DNA of 64,000 nucleotides from an uncultured Actinomycetota bacterium (GTDB lineage: Bacteria > Actinomycetota > UBA4738 > HRBIN12): NCBI GenBank assembly GCA_963733635.1, contig CAVTEH010000003.1:352574-416573 (forward strand). Direction: 5' to 3'. Of the stretch, positions 31,151 to 40,802 are shown in pieces. Below the pieces are notes generated by a model. The model ran no database searches, was not told the DNA's origin, and was given only the letters and a program-made list of their open reading frames with translations. Within the stretch, counting starts at the first letter, position 1; each line of letters begins with the position of its first letter. The translations under genes and the position numbers were made by a program.

Positions 31151-32158
31151 TCAAGAACGGTCGTCAGATGGGGACGTGTTCTTGAGTGCGAAGGTCGCGA
31201 GCACGACGGCGCCCATCGCGCCAGAGAGATCGCCGAGGTCGGCGGGGAGCACGGCTGGCGGGTGGTCGGGTGTGAAGAGGAGCGGCTGCATCTGGGCGGC
31301 GATCTCGTCGACCCAGGGCCGCCCGAACCGTTCCGCGAGGCCGCCACCGACGATCACGGCCTCGACGTCGAGCAGGTTCTGGGCGGAGGCGAGGGCCAAC
31401 CCGAGGGCCCAGACCGCCTGCTCCATCAGTCGCTTCGTCATCGCGTCGCCGTGCTCGAGGGCGCGCTCGATGATGCCCGACGTCATGCGGTCACGTCCGT
31501 GCTTGGCCATCAGGTGGAACAGGTCGGTGTGCTCACCGTCGGCGACGAGGCGCTCGGCCTTGGCCTGCATGCTCGCGCGCCCGGCGTAGGACTCCAGGTG
31601 GCCGTAGCCACCGCACCCGCACAGACGGCCGTCGGGCTTCACGGTCACGTGCCCGATCTCGGCGGCGGCCCCGCGGCCACGCAACACGTGGCGGTCGACG
31701 ACGATGCCGCCGCCCACCCCGGTGCCCACGAAGACGCCGAGCATGCTGGAGAACGGGCGGCCCGCGCCCAGCTCGAGCTCGCCCATCGTCGCGACGCTGA
31801 CGTCGTTGTCGACGTGGACCGGCACGCCCGCGAGCTCCAGGGAGATCCTGGGCCCCAGGGGGAACGGCTCCCGCATGCCCGGGATGTTGGGGCTGTGCGA
31901 GACGACCCCTTCGTGCGCGCGGCCGGGCGCGCCGACGCCCACCGACCGCAAGGACGACGGGTCGGCGCCCGATGCGTCGACGGCGACGCGGATCGTCTCA
32001 ACGACCGAGGAGGCGATCGCCTCGGCACCGTCCTCAGGCGTGGGCACGCGCGCCTGGCCCACGATCTCGTCGCCCCGTGCCACGATGGTCTGGATCTTCG
32101 TACCGCCCAGGTCGACCCCCGCGACGAGCCCGTCGAGATCCGTCGCCGGCGCCGTCAT
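31151..32158 (-). CDS. ROK-family sugar kinase/regulator-like protein
   Basis: MTAPATDLDGLVAGVDLGGTKIQ...CGCGGYGHLESYAG (ROK Zn motif). The ATGA overlap with the upstream MBL gene sets the start. The ORF-track N-extension is Arg-rich noise. Confidence 0.8.
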   Translation of the reverse strand: MTAPATDLDGLVAGVDLGGTKIQTIVARGDEIVGQARVPTPEDGAEAIASSVVETIRVAVDASGADPSSLRSVGVGAPGRAHEGVVSHSPNIPGMREPFPLGPRISLELAGVPVHVDNDVSVATMGELELGAGRPFSSMLGVFVGTGVGGGIVVDRHVLRGRGAAAEIGHVTVKPDGRLCGCGGYGHLESYAGRASMQAKAERLVADGEHTDLFHLMAKHGRDRMTSGIIERALEHGDAMTKRLMEQAVWALGLALASAQNLLDVEAVIVGGGLAERFGRPWVDEIAAQMQPLLFTPDHPPAVLPADLGDLSGAMGAVVLATFALKNTSPSDDRS

Positions 32159-33003
32159 GGGTCCAGCGCCAAGGTCTGCCCTTCGTAGCCGAGCTCCACG
32201 TCGAGCGCGGCGGCGCCGGGCACCGCGCGGGCATCCACGAGCATGGCCTCCAGGTCCGCGTCGGTGTGCATCGGGTCGTGGTGGAACAGCACGAGATGAC
32301 GGGCCTCCGCGCGCTCCGCGAACGTCACGGCATCGGTCGTGCTCGAGTGGCCCCAGCCGACGCGGTGCTCGTATTCGGCAACCGTGTACTGCCCGTCGTG
32401 GATGAGCACGTCGGTCTGTCGCGCGATCGCCAGACCCGAGATCCAACCGTCCTCCACCGTGCCGAGGTCGGTCCCGAGGCCGGGCTCGTGGTCCGGGAGG
32501 TACCCGAGCGACCGGCCGCCCTTTTCGATCCGGTAGCCGAGGGCTGGCCCCGGGTGCTTCACGAGCTCGGCCGAGACGGTCGTGGACCCGATCGTCCACG
32601 GCTCATCGGGCACCTCGCGGAACTGCGGCCGCGAGGGCACGTTGCGAAGATGCACCGGGAAGAACGGCGGTGCGAAGAACGGCGCCATCCGCCGTTCCAA
32701 TCCTTTCAACGGCGCCGGCGGGCCCCAGATGCGGAATTCCACCTCAGGATCCCAGAACGGCGAGAAGAACCTGAGCCCTTCGATGTGGTCCGCGTGCAGA
32801 TGCGTGATCAACAGGTCCACCCTCGGAGGGTGGACGCCAGCGAGCGACATCCCGTACGGACGGATCCCGGTGCCGGCGTCGAGGATCACCACCGACCCGT
32901 CATCCAGGTCGAGCACGATGCAGGAGGTCTGTCCGCCGTAGCGGACCGTCTCGGGGCCGGGGGAGGCGAGGGTGCCCCGGCAGCCCCAGATCGTCGCGTG
33001 CAC
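32155..33003 (-). CDS. MBL-fold metallo-hydrolase
   Basis: VHATIWGCRGTLASPGP...DLLITHLHADHIEGL...HDPMH; GTG start at about 33003. Confidence 0.7.
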   Translation of the reverse strand: MHATIWGCRGTLASPGPETVRYGGQTSCIVLDLDDGSVVILDAGTGIRPYGMSLAGVHPPRVDLLITHLHADHIEGLRFFSPFWDPEVEFRIWGPPAPLKGLERRMAPFFAPPFFPVHLRNVPSRPQFREVPDEPWTIGSTTVSAELVKHPGPALGYRIEKGGRSLGYLPDHEPGLGTDLGTVEDGWISGLAIARQTDVLIHDGQYTVAEYEHRVGWGHSSTTDAVTFAERAEARHLVLFHHDPMHTDADLEAMLVDARAVPGAAALDVELGYEGQTLALDP

Positions 33004-33005
33004 CG

Positions 33006-33419
33006 CTAGCTCCCCGCCGGGGGTCGCTCCCAGAACACCGCGACCGCACCGAGGATCACGCCACGTCGCGGGCACAGAGGGAACGCGGTCACCTCGATCT
33101 CACGATGCACGCCGTCGCTGCCGGTGATCCGGATCGCGCGGTGCGCTGGGCGCCCTTCCCGGAACGCGATCCCGAGTGGGAGCTGATCCAAGGGAACGGG
33201 CGTCCCGTCCAGGTCTGTGGGCTCCCATTCGCTCGCCCATTCGCCGGCTCGCAGCTCCCCGGCTTCCGCGTACGAACGACCGAGCACCGGCTCGGCCGCT
33301 TCGTTGAAATACGCGAGCGAGCCCTCGGCGTCCACGACGAACGCAGGCGTCGCCAAGCGCGAGGTGAGGTCGCGGGCAAGGATCATGACGAGGTTGCGCT
33401 GGGTGCTGGCGTCGGCCAT
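33006..33419 (-). CDS. PAS-domain protein
   Basis: 137 aa; FVVDAEGSLAYFNEAAEPVLGRSYAEAGELR...ITGSDGVHREIEVTAFPL. Confidence 0.6.
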   Translation of the reverse strand: MADASTQRNLVMILARDLTSRLATPAFVVDAEGSLAYFNEAAEPVLGRSYAEAGELRAGEWASEWEPTDLDGTPVPLDQLPLGIAFREGRPAHRAIRITGSDGVHREIEVTAFPLCPRRGVILGAVAVFWERPPAGS

Positions 33420-33572
33420 GCCCGACGGTATGCCGTTGGCCGCGGACCCTGCAAACCGCTAGCCGCGGCCCCTAACGGTAGGTGGTCTCGTCTACATGGC
33501 GATCGGAGCAGGGTTCCCAACGCTTCGCTCATAAACTCCGCACCACCGCGAACCCAGCCGAGGAGGATCTGA

Positions 33573-34718
33573 ATGGCGTTGCCGGAGCACACGACTCTGA
33601 ACTGGGGCCCTTGGTACCGCAAGTCGCCGTTCTTCGAGGCGACCCTTCGCGCGGGCTGTTCCGCCTACGACGTGTATCAGCACATGTATCACCCCAACAC
33701 CTACGGCGATCCCGTCGAGGAGTACTGGGCGCTCGTGAACGACGTGACCCTGTGGGACGTGAGCGTCGAGCGCATCGTCGAGATCACCGGGCCTGACGCG
33801 AGCGCGTTCACGAACCTGCTCACCTGCCGCGACCTCACGAAGTGCGCCGTGAAGCAGGGCAAGTACATGTTGGTGACCGCCCCCGACGGCGGCATCGTGA
33901 ACGACCCGGTGCTGCTGCGCGTCGAGGAGAACCGTTGGTGGCTCGCGCTCGCCGACTCCGACGCCGGCCTGTACGCGATGGGGGTCGCGGTCAACTCCGG
34001 GCTCGACGTGCAGGTCGGCCACCCCGAGGTTTACCCGGTGCAGGTGCAGGGTCCGAGAGCCAAGGAGACGATGCGCGACCTGTTCGGCGACTGGATCCTG
34101 GACATGAAGTACTACTGGTGCGATGAGGCCGACCTGGACGGCATCCCGGTCGTGATCAGCCGCACCGGCTGGACCGCGGTGGTGGGCTACGAGATCTACC
34201 TGCGCGACCCGAGCCGCGGCGACGACCTGTGGGAGCGCATCCTGGACGCAGGCAAGCCGCACAACATCCGCGTCACGCCCTCCTCGGACATCCGGCGCAT
34301 CGAGGCCGGCATCTTCGACTGGGGATCCGACATCGGTCTCACCGACAATCCGTTCGAGGTGACCGGGCTGGATCGGCTGGTCGAAGAACAAGAAGCCGAC
34401 TACATCGGCAAGGAGGCGCTCGAGCGTATCCGGCGCGAGGGCGTCTCGCGAAAGCTGGTGGGTATCGAGCTCGAGGGCGAGGCGGTCGACCAGCCCACGC
34501 AGCACTGGCCGGTCGCGCACGGGGCCGAGATGGTCGGCCACGTCACCGACGCCTGCTGGTCACCACGCCTGAACAAGAACATCGGCTACGTGTGGGTGCC
34601 GATCGCGCTCGGTGAGCCCGGCACTCGCCTCGACATCGAGACCGACGACGGCACACGCGGAGGCATCACCGCGACACTCCCGTTCATCGATCCCAACAAG
34701 AGGGTCCCTGCGGCCTAG
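33573..34718 (+). CDS. Aminomethyltransferase-family protein (GcvT/DmdA-like)
   Basis: Intact 381 aa; GcvT fold motifs (YDVSHMYHP-like region, VSRTGWTAVVGYEIYL, IGLTDNPFE). RBS GAGGAGG is upstream. Confidence 0.85.
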   Translation: MALPEHTTLNWGPWYRKSPFFEATLRAGCSAYDVYQHMYHPNTYGDPVEEYWALVNDVTLWDVSVERIVEITGPDASAFTNLLTCRDLTKCAVKQGKYMLVTAPDGGIVNDPVLLRVEENRWWLALADSDAGLYAMGVAVNSGLDVQVGHPEVYPVQVQGPRAKETMRDLFGDWILDMKYYWCDEADLDGIPVVISRTGWTAVVGYEIYLRDPSRGDDLWERILDAGKPHNIRVTPSSDIRRIEAGIFDWGSDIGLTDNPFEVTGLDRLVEEQEADYIGKEALERIRREGVSRKLVGIELEGEAVDQPTQHWPVAHGAEMVGHVTDACWSPRLNKNIGYVWVPIALGEPGTRLDIETDDGTRGGITATLPFIDPNKRVPAA

Positions 34719-34747
34719 CAGCACTCGAGGCGATAGCTTCCTCCCCG

Positions 34748-35957
34748 ATGCGAGCGGCACCGTTCCTGCGACGGGTCTTCGAGCCGATCATGCGGATCGG
34801 CGAGGTCGAGGGCGAGCCGGAGGCGAAACGAGGCGGTCGCCGCGTCTTCTTGGTGGCGTTCGTCGTCGCGACGGTCCTGACGATCCCGCAGATCGTCGCC
34901 GACCTCACCGCCGGCTACACGTGGGTCGGTCTCACCAGCCTCACCCTCACCGTGGTCCCGATCGGCATCTTGCTCGCGATGCGCCGGTGGCCGCGACGGT
35001 TCGACCTGTTGCTGGCGTTGATGTTCACATGCATCACCGTCGGCCAGCTCGCCGAGACCGCGTTGTTCGGCGGCCTGCTCGAGTCCGGCTTGGTCGTGAT
35101 GTTCGGCCTCGCGATCGCGCTCTCGGCACTGCTGGCGTCCGGCGTCAGGGCCGCGATCGCTTGGTTCCTTGTCTTCGTCGGCTCGGTGGGGTTCGCGGTG
35201 GTGACCCCAAGCTCCTGGCAGCGATACACGCTGCGTGACCAGACCGCCGACGCGGCGTTCAACCTGATCGCGACCGCCGTCGTGACCCTCGCGATCGTCG
35301 GGTACTTCGTGAAGCAGCGCGACCGGTTCCAGCAGCGATCCGACGACCTGCTCCACAACATCCTTCCGGATGCGATCGTCGTCCGCCTCAAGGATGGAGC
35401 GGCCACGATCGCCGACGACGTGCCATCGGCATCGGTCCTGTTCGCCGATGTCGCCGACTTCACGCCGATGTCGGCGACGATCTCGCCGGCGGCAACTGGT
35501 CGGGCTCCTCGACGAGGTCTTCTCGGCGTTCGATCGGTTCGTCGACGAGCTCGGGCTCGAGAAGATCAAGACGATCGGCGACGCGTACATGGTGGCCTCG
35601 GGTGTGCCGGTGCCACGCGAGGACCACGCCGAAGCGATCGTGGAACTGGCGATCCGGATCCGGGACCACGTCGCCACCACGACCTTCGGCGGCCGACAGC
35701 TCCAGATGCGGATCGGGATCGCGTCGGGACCGGTCACCGCGGGGATCATCGGGACGCACAAGTTCGCCTACGACCTGTGGGGCGACACGGTCAACACGGC
35801 GAGCCGGATGGAGTCGAGCGGGCTCCCAGGCAAGGTCCAGCTCGCGCCCTCGACCTACGAGCTGATCCGGGAGCGTTACGCCTGCGAATCGCGCGACTCG
35901 GTACAGATCAAGGGGAAGGCGCCGATGACGACGTACCTCCTTCCCGACTCGAGCTGA
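34748..35957 (+). CDS. Membrane-anchored class III adenylate cyclase, 1-nt insertion about 35490
   Basis: Six hydrophobic helices then LLHNILPDAIVVRL...ASVLFADVADFTPMSATISPA, continuing in the second frame LVGLLDEVFSAFD...KIKTIGDAYMVASG...GIIGTHKFAYDLWGDTVNTASRMES. Confidence 0.75.
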
Positions 35958-35964
35958 GGCGATC

Positions 35965-36283
35965 AGCAGTCGACGACGCTGCGGAGCGCCTCGCAGATCC
36001 TCGTGATCGCGGCGCACGCCGAGTGCCCCGATCCGCCGAAGCAGGGCGGATTTCGCCACGGTCTCGACGTTGTCGAGCGACGCCACGCTCTCGACGGGTA
36101 ACCCCTCGTCGCCGCCCAGGGGGACCTCCGTCGGGATGCCCCGCACCGTCGTCGTGACCGGCGCGACGACCAGGCGACGGAGCACCGGGATCGCCCGCGC
36201 CCGCGTCAGCACCAGGTATCGGCGCGCGGCGAGCGGTCCGGAAGCTCACCCCACCAGATCTCGAGGTGCCCTGGCTCAGCCAC
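35965..36283 (-). CDS. mazF: MazF/PemK-family toxin, about 2 frameshifts
   Basis: GTG start overlapping the antitoxin stop (GTGGCTGA). GHLEIWWGELPD / RRYLVLTRARAIPVLRRLVVAPVTTTVRGIPTEVPL...SVASLDNVETVAKSALLRRIG / ICEALRSVVDC* in three frames. Confidence 0.55.
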
Positions 36284-36533
36284 CGGTCGTCTCGGTGCTC
36301 GGGTCGACCTCAGGGTACGGACCGAGCTCCTCCTCGAGGTCCTCGGCCTGCGGCACACGCTCGTACCCTTCGAGGATCGACCGTCCGATGCGCTCGCGAC
36401 GCTCGCTGTCGACGATCAGCTCGATGCCTGAGCGGATCGCGTCGGCCCGCGTCTCGAACCGCCCACCCTCGACCAGCCCGTCGATCTCATCGAGGAGTGA
36501 GGCCGGAAGCCGAACGGCGATCTGAGGCGACAT
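36276..36533 (-). CDS. Ribbon-helix-helix (MazE/CopG-like) antitoxin
   Basis: MSPQIAVRLPASLLDEIDGLVEGGRFETRADAIRSGIELIV. Confidence 0.65.
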   Translation of the reverse strand: MSPQIAVRLPASLLDEIDGLVEGGRFETRADAIRSGIELIVDSERRERIGRSILEGYERVPQAEDLEEELGPYPEVDPSTETTGG

Positions 36534-36677
36534 GCGATCAGCATACCGATTCGGGATGCGGAAGTGGGCAGCGTCAATCGGGTGCGAGACTGCCCGATGA
36601 TGCTGAGTGGCGCCGTGATGTCGATCACGTCACGGGCTCCGCCGACTACCGAGCCCTCCGGTCCTCAAGTTCTGACA

Positions 36678-36696
36678 GCAGGATTGCGAATCCTGC
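36678..36696. repeat. Perfect palindrome GCAGGATT-GCG-AATCCTGC between brnTA and mazEF
   Basis: Read directly. It lies in a 365-bp non-coding gap and is followed by a second short inverted repeat ATGCA...TGCAT and a TTGACC hexamer. Confidence 0.4.
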
Positions 36697-36898
36697 CAGA
36701 ATATGCAATCCGAGCTGCATGTTTGACCGACATCGGTGGCTCAACCGGATCGAGGTGCATGGACCCGGCGAAACCCTGCCCGGAGTGCCCGTTCGATACA
36801 CAGGGATCGCCGAGCTATCTCATGCGCTGGCCGAAGATCCGCGATGACACCCGACAGCCCGGTCCGTCCGTCGTTCGTGGGCTAGCAACTGGCCTTCG

Positions 36899-37171
36899 TT
36901 AGCTGGCGAGGTACCGCTGCAGCGCCTCGCGAGCGATCTCGCTCAGGGTGCGGCCCTCGGCCTTCGCCTTCCGCTGCGCGGCCTTGAAAAGCGAGGGGGC
37001 GACGCGGTAGCTGATCCGAGGGGACTCCCCTTCCGCGAGGGAGGGGCGGCCGGGACCGACTGGCTCACGCTTCGCTCGAGATAGGTCGTAGCCACGCTCT
37101 GCTTCCTCCGCGAGGCGGTCGACCTCGTCCTTCGTGAGCTTGGTCCCACCTGGTGTCTTCAGATCCGCCAT
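36899..37171 (-). CDS. brnA: BrnA-type antitoxin (RHH C-terminus)
   Basis: MADLKTPGGTKLTKDEVDRLAEEAERGYDLSRAKRE...SEIAREALQRYL. The ORF-track upstream extension looks spurious. Confidence 0.6.
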   Translation of the reverse strand: MADLKTPGGTKLTKDEVDRLAEEAERGYDLSRAKREPVGPGRPSLAEGESPRISYRVAPSLFKAAQRKAKAEGRTLSEIAREALQRYLAS

Positions 37172-37443
37172 CTCAACGCCTCTTCGTAGAACGCTCGGTA
37201 CTTGGCCCGTAGCAGCATCACATGGATCACGAGGATCCCACCTTCTTCGAGCTCGACTGCCATGACTTCGAGAGCCGTTCCATCCGCATCGTCCCCCAGG
37301 AAGACGAGTCGCTCGTCGCTTCGATCGAGCGGTGGCGCTATGCGAAACACGAGACCGCAGTGCTCGATCACGTACGCAGTTCGCGCCCGACCCACTCCGT
37401 GTTTCGTTGCAGACCGAGCCCAGGCGACGGACGCGTTGGCCAT
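37159..37443 (-). CDS. brnT: BrnT-type toxin (DUF497 ribonuclease toxin)
   Basis: WARSATKHGVGRARTAYVIEHCGLVF...DERLVFLGDDADGTALEVMAVELEEGGILVIHVMLLRAKYRAFYEE; overlaps the brnA start. Confidence 0.6.
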   Translation of the reverse strand: MANASVAWARSATKHGVGRARTAYVIEHCGLVFRIAPPLDRSDERLVFLGDDADGTALEVMAVELEEGGILVIHVMLLRAKYRAFYEEALRWRI

Positions 37444-37582
37444 AACCTAACACATTTCTGTCAGACAGAATAGCCGAGCCAGGTTTCGAGATCGCATGCG
37501 TGCATCGAAGCCTCAACGAGGAGACGGCACCGTGATACGTGTCACGTCCGGCCAGCTCGGTTCGCTCGTCGGGCTCAGCGCT

Positions 37583-37767
37583 TTGGCGATCAGGTGGCTG
37601 CCGCGAGCTCCGGCGTCTCGGCCGCGGCCACGACGTCCTCGGGCACGACCTGGGTAAGCACGTGGCCGCAGCGATAGAGCGTCCACCGCACGGGCCCGAT
37701 GTCCTGTGGATGCATCCCCGAGATCCAAGGCCCGGGGCGACCACACCGTTCGCAGAATGGGACAGCG
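37583..37767 (-). CDS. Hypothetical small Cys/His protein (zinc-ribbon-like)
   Basis: Own translation MTDAVPFCERCGRPGPWISGMHPQDIGPVRWTLYRCGHVLTQVVPEDVVAAAETPELAAAT. Confidence 0.3.
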
Positions 37768-37932
37768 TCAGTCATGGGCGGAGTGTGGCGAACCGCGCCC
37801 CTGCACGACATCGGTCCGACGATCCGTTTTCGACCCCCCGGTACCCGATCCTGCGTAGGTCGCATGGACCGGCCGCGGCGGGTCCCCGGCCCCACGCTCC
37901 GCTGCCTCGTGTGGTTCCCTTGTGGAGTGACG

Positions 37933-38838
37933 GACATGCCGACCATCTTCGTCGCGACCGAGGATGGCCTCTCCAGGTTCGACGGCGACGGCCGTGTGCT
38001 CGACGTCGCGCATACCGGGCGGTCCGTGACGGCGCTCGGCCGCATGGGCGCCGACGTCTGGGCGATCGTCGATGCGGCCGAACTCTGGCATGCGACGCAG
38101 GCGGGCTGGACGCACGTCACCGATCTCGAGGGCCTGCGGGCAACGTGCGTCGCGGGGATCGGAGGCGACGTTTTCGTCGGCACGTCGAAGGCGCGCCTGT
38201 TCCGTCTCGACGGAGCGACGCTCGAGCCCGTCCCCGCGTTCGACGCCGCGGAGGGCCGTGAGGCCTGGTACACCCCCTGGGGCGGGCCGCCCGACACGCG
38301 CTCGATGGCGAACTGGGACGAGGACATCTACGTGAACGTGCATGTCGGCGGCATCCTGCGAGCCGACGACGGCGGTGGTACATGGACGCCGACGATCGAC
38401 ATCGACGCCGATGTGCACCAGGTCACGACCTCCGAGGGCATGGTGCTCGCGGCGTGCGCCGGTGGGCTCGCCGTGAGCACCGACTGTGGCAGTACGTGGA
38501 CGTATCGCACCGACGGGCTCGACGCTCGCTACTCGCGAGCGGTCGCCGTCTGTGGCGACGATGTGCTGGTGTCGGCATCGAACGGACCTCGAGGGGGGAA
38601 CGCCGCCGTGTATCGAGGAAGGCTCAGCGCCGGCACGTTCGAGCGGTGCGTCGCGGGGCTGCCTTCGTCGTTCGATGACAACATCGACAGCTACTGCTTG
38701 GACGCCCTGCCCGATGGCTCGGTCGCCGCGTTCGGCACGTCCGCTGGGTACATCTACCGCTCGAGGGATCAGGGTGCGCGGTGGGATGAGCTTGCATCGG
38801 ATATGGGGCCAGTCCTGCGCGTGCTCGTGATGCCCTGA
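37933..38838 (+). CDS. Beta-propeller (BNR/sialidase-like or YVTN-like repeat) protein
   Basis: MPTIFVATEDGLSRFDGDG..., with repeated G-x-W-T / S-x-D-x-G-x-T-W-like units (DDGGGTWTPT; STDCGSTWTY; SRDQGARWDE). Confidence 0.5.
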   Translation, partial: DMPTIFVATEDGLSRFDGDGRVLDVAHTGRSVTALGRMGADVWAIVDAAELWHATQAGWTHVTDLEGLRATCVAGIGGDVFVGTSKARLFRLDGATLEPVPAFDAAEGREAWYTPWGGPPDTRSMANWDEDIYVNVHVGGILRADDGGGTWTPTIDIDADVHQVTTSEGMVLAACAGGLAVSTDCGSTWTYRTDGLDARYSRAVAVCGDDVLVSASNGPRGGNAAVYRGRLSAGTFERCVAGLPSSFDDNIDSYCLDALPDGSVAAFGTSAGYIYRSRDQGARWDELASDMGPVLRVLVMP

Positions 38839-38929
38839 GCCCGACGGCATGCGGCGGGGTCGTCACAGAGCCCGGCTCCTTTCGCCATGCGGCATGTGAG
38901 CCGATGCTGGCCAGGCGCTCTTGGTGGAT

Positions 38930-39602
38930 GGACCGCCCAGATATATGCCTGGGTTACGACCGGGTCGTCCACGTCGCGCTCGGGCGTCCTGAAGATCAAC
39001 GTCGCGATGAGCGAGCTGCCCCACTTCACCGCGAACCTGGGCACCGACCTGCAGGACCACTACACCGGCTCGGTCGAGCTGTGCCTGTCGCGCGAGTCGG
39101 CCGAGCGCGCATTACAGGACGCGCACCTGGGGCACCGGGCGGCGATCGGCTCGTTCGTCGACGGCGGGATCCCCACCACGATCGACCCCGACCTGGCGCC
39201 GAAGGGCGTGCAGGTGTTCTCGATGTTCAGCCAATGGGTGCCGCATGAGTGGAGCGAGGAGCCGCACCGCGAGGAGCCGAGGCCTACCGACCGTGCGATC
39301 GACGGCTACACGGCGCTGGCGCCCAACGTCATGGAGCAGGAGCTGGGCCTGATCGGCGGCAACATCTTCCACGGCGAGCTCACTGTGGATCAGCTGTTCC
39401 ACATGCGACCCTCGCCTGGCTTCGCGGACTATCGCACTCCCAACCCCGCCTCTACTACGGGCCGAGCGCCGCCCACGCCGGCGGCGGGTCAACGACATCC
39501 CAGGCTGGCAAGCGTACCGTGCGGCAAAGGGGGATCAGCAGCGAGGGAGACGTGGTTCGCGTCACTGAGACAGCGATGCGCAAGGCAGCATCGGTTTCTT
39601 GA
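38930..39602 (+). pseudogene. 3' fragment of a CrtI/phytoene-desaturase-family FAD oxidoreductase (N-terminal FAD domain absent; internal frameshift)
   Basis: FTANLGTDLQDHYTGSVELCLSRES...FSQWVPHEW...IFHGELTVDQLFHMRPSPGFADYRTP, then GLYYGPSAAHAGGGS...AGKRTV in a second frame. No N-terminal Rossmann region is encoded upstream. Confidence 0.5.
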
Positions 39603-39869
39603 TCCGGGTGTCAGCAGTTGAGTCGCGCCAACCTCTGATCGAGCCGCGGGCGCATCAACCGTGTGTCTGGCGGGCGATGCGCAGGCAACCCCGTGGCGTG
39701 TCGTCGTGACACCCGGTGGACACCACTGCGGGTCATCCGCGGAACGCGCTTCTGGACCCCACCACCCTCGACGAACGTCGGATCGGAATCGCCGGCCCGG
39801 ACACGGTCAAGCTGGTCTTGCATCGGGTTCGGAACGGTCGCGCACGCGTTGCCCTCTCCCGGATGAGCG

Positions 39870-40481
39870 TCAGCCTCGGCGGCCGAGTCGTCGCACCAGC
39901 GCCAGCACGACCGCAGCATCCTCAGGGCTCAGGCCCTCTATTGCTTGTTGAAGTTCGTCCTGGACCGAAGAGTGCTCGGCGTCGTCCATGCCGGAGCTGT
40001 CGAGGGGGGGTTCGTACGAGTCTCGTTCCTCATCGAGCTGGGCGCCCGCGAGCGCCCTCCCTGCGTGGAACCAGCGCCTTGCGGTAGGGGAGGGGGCAGC
40101 ATCGCTGTAGCGCTGGATCATCATCTCGAGATCCGCTTCCGGTGCGGGCGCGCCACGATCCACCATCGGTCCGCCGGTGATCTGGGCCCGGTAAGCCTCG
40201 GCCTCTCGCATCAACTCGCTCGGGGAGAGCCCCAGAGCCTCCGCGATTGCCAGGAACGATCGAGACCCGGGACGACCTCGACCGGTCTCGATGTCGGACA
40301 GGTAGGCGTAGGAGACGCCGGCGGCCTCGGCGAGGTCTTTCCGTCCGAGGCCCATCGCCGTTCGCGCCACCTTGATCGCGCGGCCGAGGCCCTCGTAGAA
40401 CGAGGGCTCCTCCTTGCGGAGCAGTGGTTTCGCAGGTTTGCGCCGCTTCGAGGAGGCGCCCACGCTCGATCCCCGTGTCAT
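39870..40481 (-). CDS. XRE-family HTH transcriptional regulator
   Basis: LGRAIKVARTAMGLGRKDLAEAAGVSYAYLSDIETGRGRP. Confidence 0.8.
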   Translation of the reverse strand: MTRGSSVGASSKRRKPAKPLLRKEEPSFYEGLGRAIKVARTAMGLGRKDLAEAAGVSYAYLSDIETGRGRPGSRSFLAIAEALGLSPSELMREAEAYRAQITGGPMVDRGAPAPEADLEMMIQRYSDAAPSPTARRWFHAGRALAGAQLDEERDSYEPPLDSSGMDDAEHSSVQDELQQAIEGLSPEDAAVVLALVRRLGRRG

Positions 40482-40517
40482 ACCCGAACCCTATCATGTG
40501 CATACGCGTGAACAGGG

Positions 40518-40552
40518 ATATTCGTGTAAAAACCGAATATTGCTGCTATACT
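40518..40552. promoter_or_regulatory. AT-rich promoter/operator: inverted repeat ATATTCG-N9-CGAATAT followed by TATACT -10-like hexamer
   Basis: Read directly; it is the lowest-GC stretch in the window. Divergent between the XRE gene and the Cys-domain operon. GGAAGGAGG lies further downstream. Confidence 0.4.
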
Positions 40553-40650
40553 CCCAGTTCTTAGGGTTCATGAGTCCCGCGGATCACCCGCACGAACTGG
40601 AAGGAGGTCGGCCCTGTGAACACTCTCTTCCCCTCTCGGTGGGCAGACCG

Positions 40651-40802
40651 ATGAACATCGGTGAGCCGGAGCGCGAGTTCGAGATCGTTCCGATGACAGT
40701 GCCCGTGCCGGAGGTGATCCCCCTCGCCGAACCGACCCCCGGCGGCGTGCCCGCCGAGCCCGCCCTCGAGCCGGTTCCGCCTCCGGCGGGACGGCGTCGG
40801 TG
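40651..40802 (+). CDS. Small Pro-rich hypothetical protein, translationally coupled to the next gene (GTGA overlap)
   Basis: MNIGEPEREFEIVPMTVPVPEVIPLAEPTPGGVPAEPALEPVPPPAGRRR. Confidence 0.3.

Noticed and set aside
33420-33572. Possible glycine/THF riboswitch upstream of the GcvT-like gene
   Set aside because: No recognisable glycine-riboswitch conserved core or tandem aptamer structure seen; only an ordinary GAGGAGG RBS.
37222-37473. 83-aa + strand ORF overlapping brnT
   Set aside because: Antisense to a well-supported BrnT toxin; no independent support.
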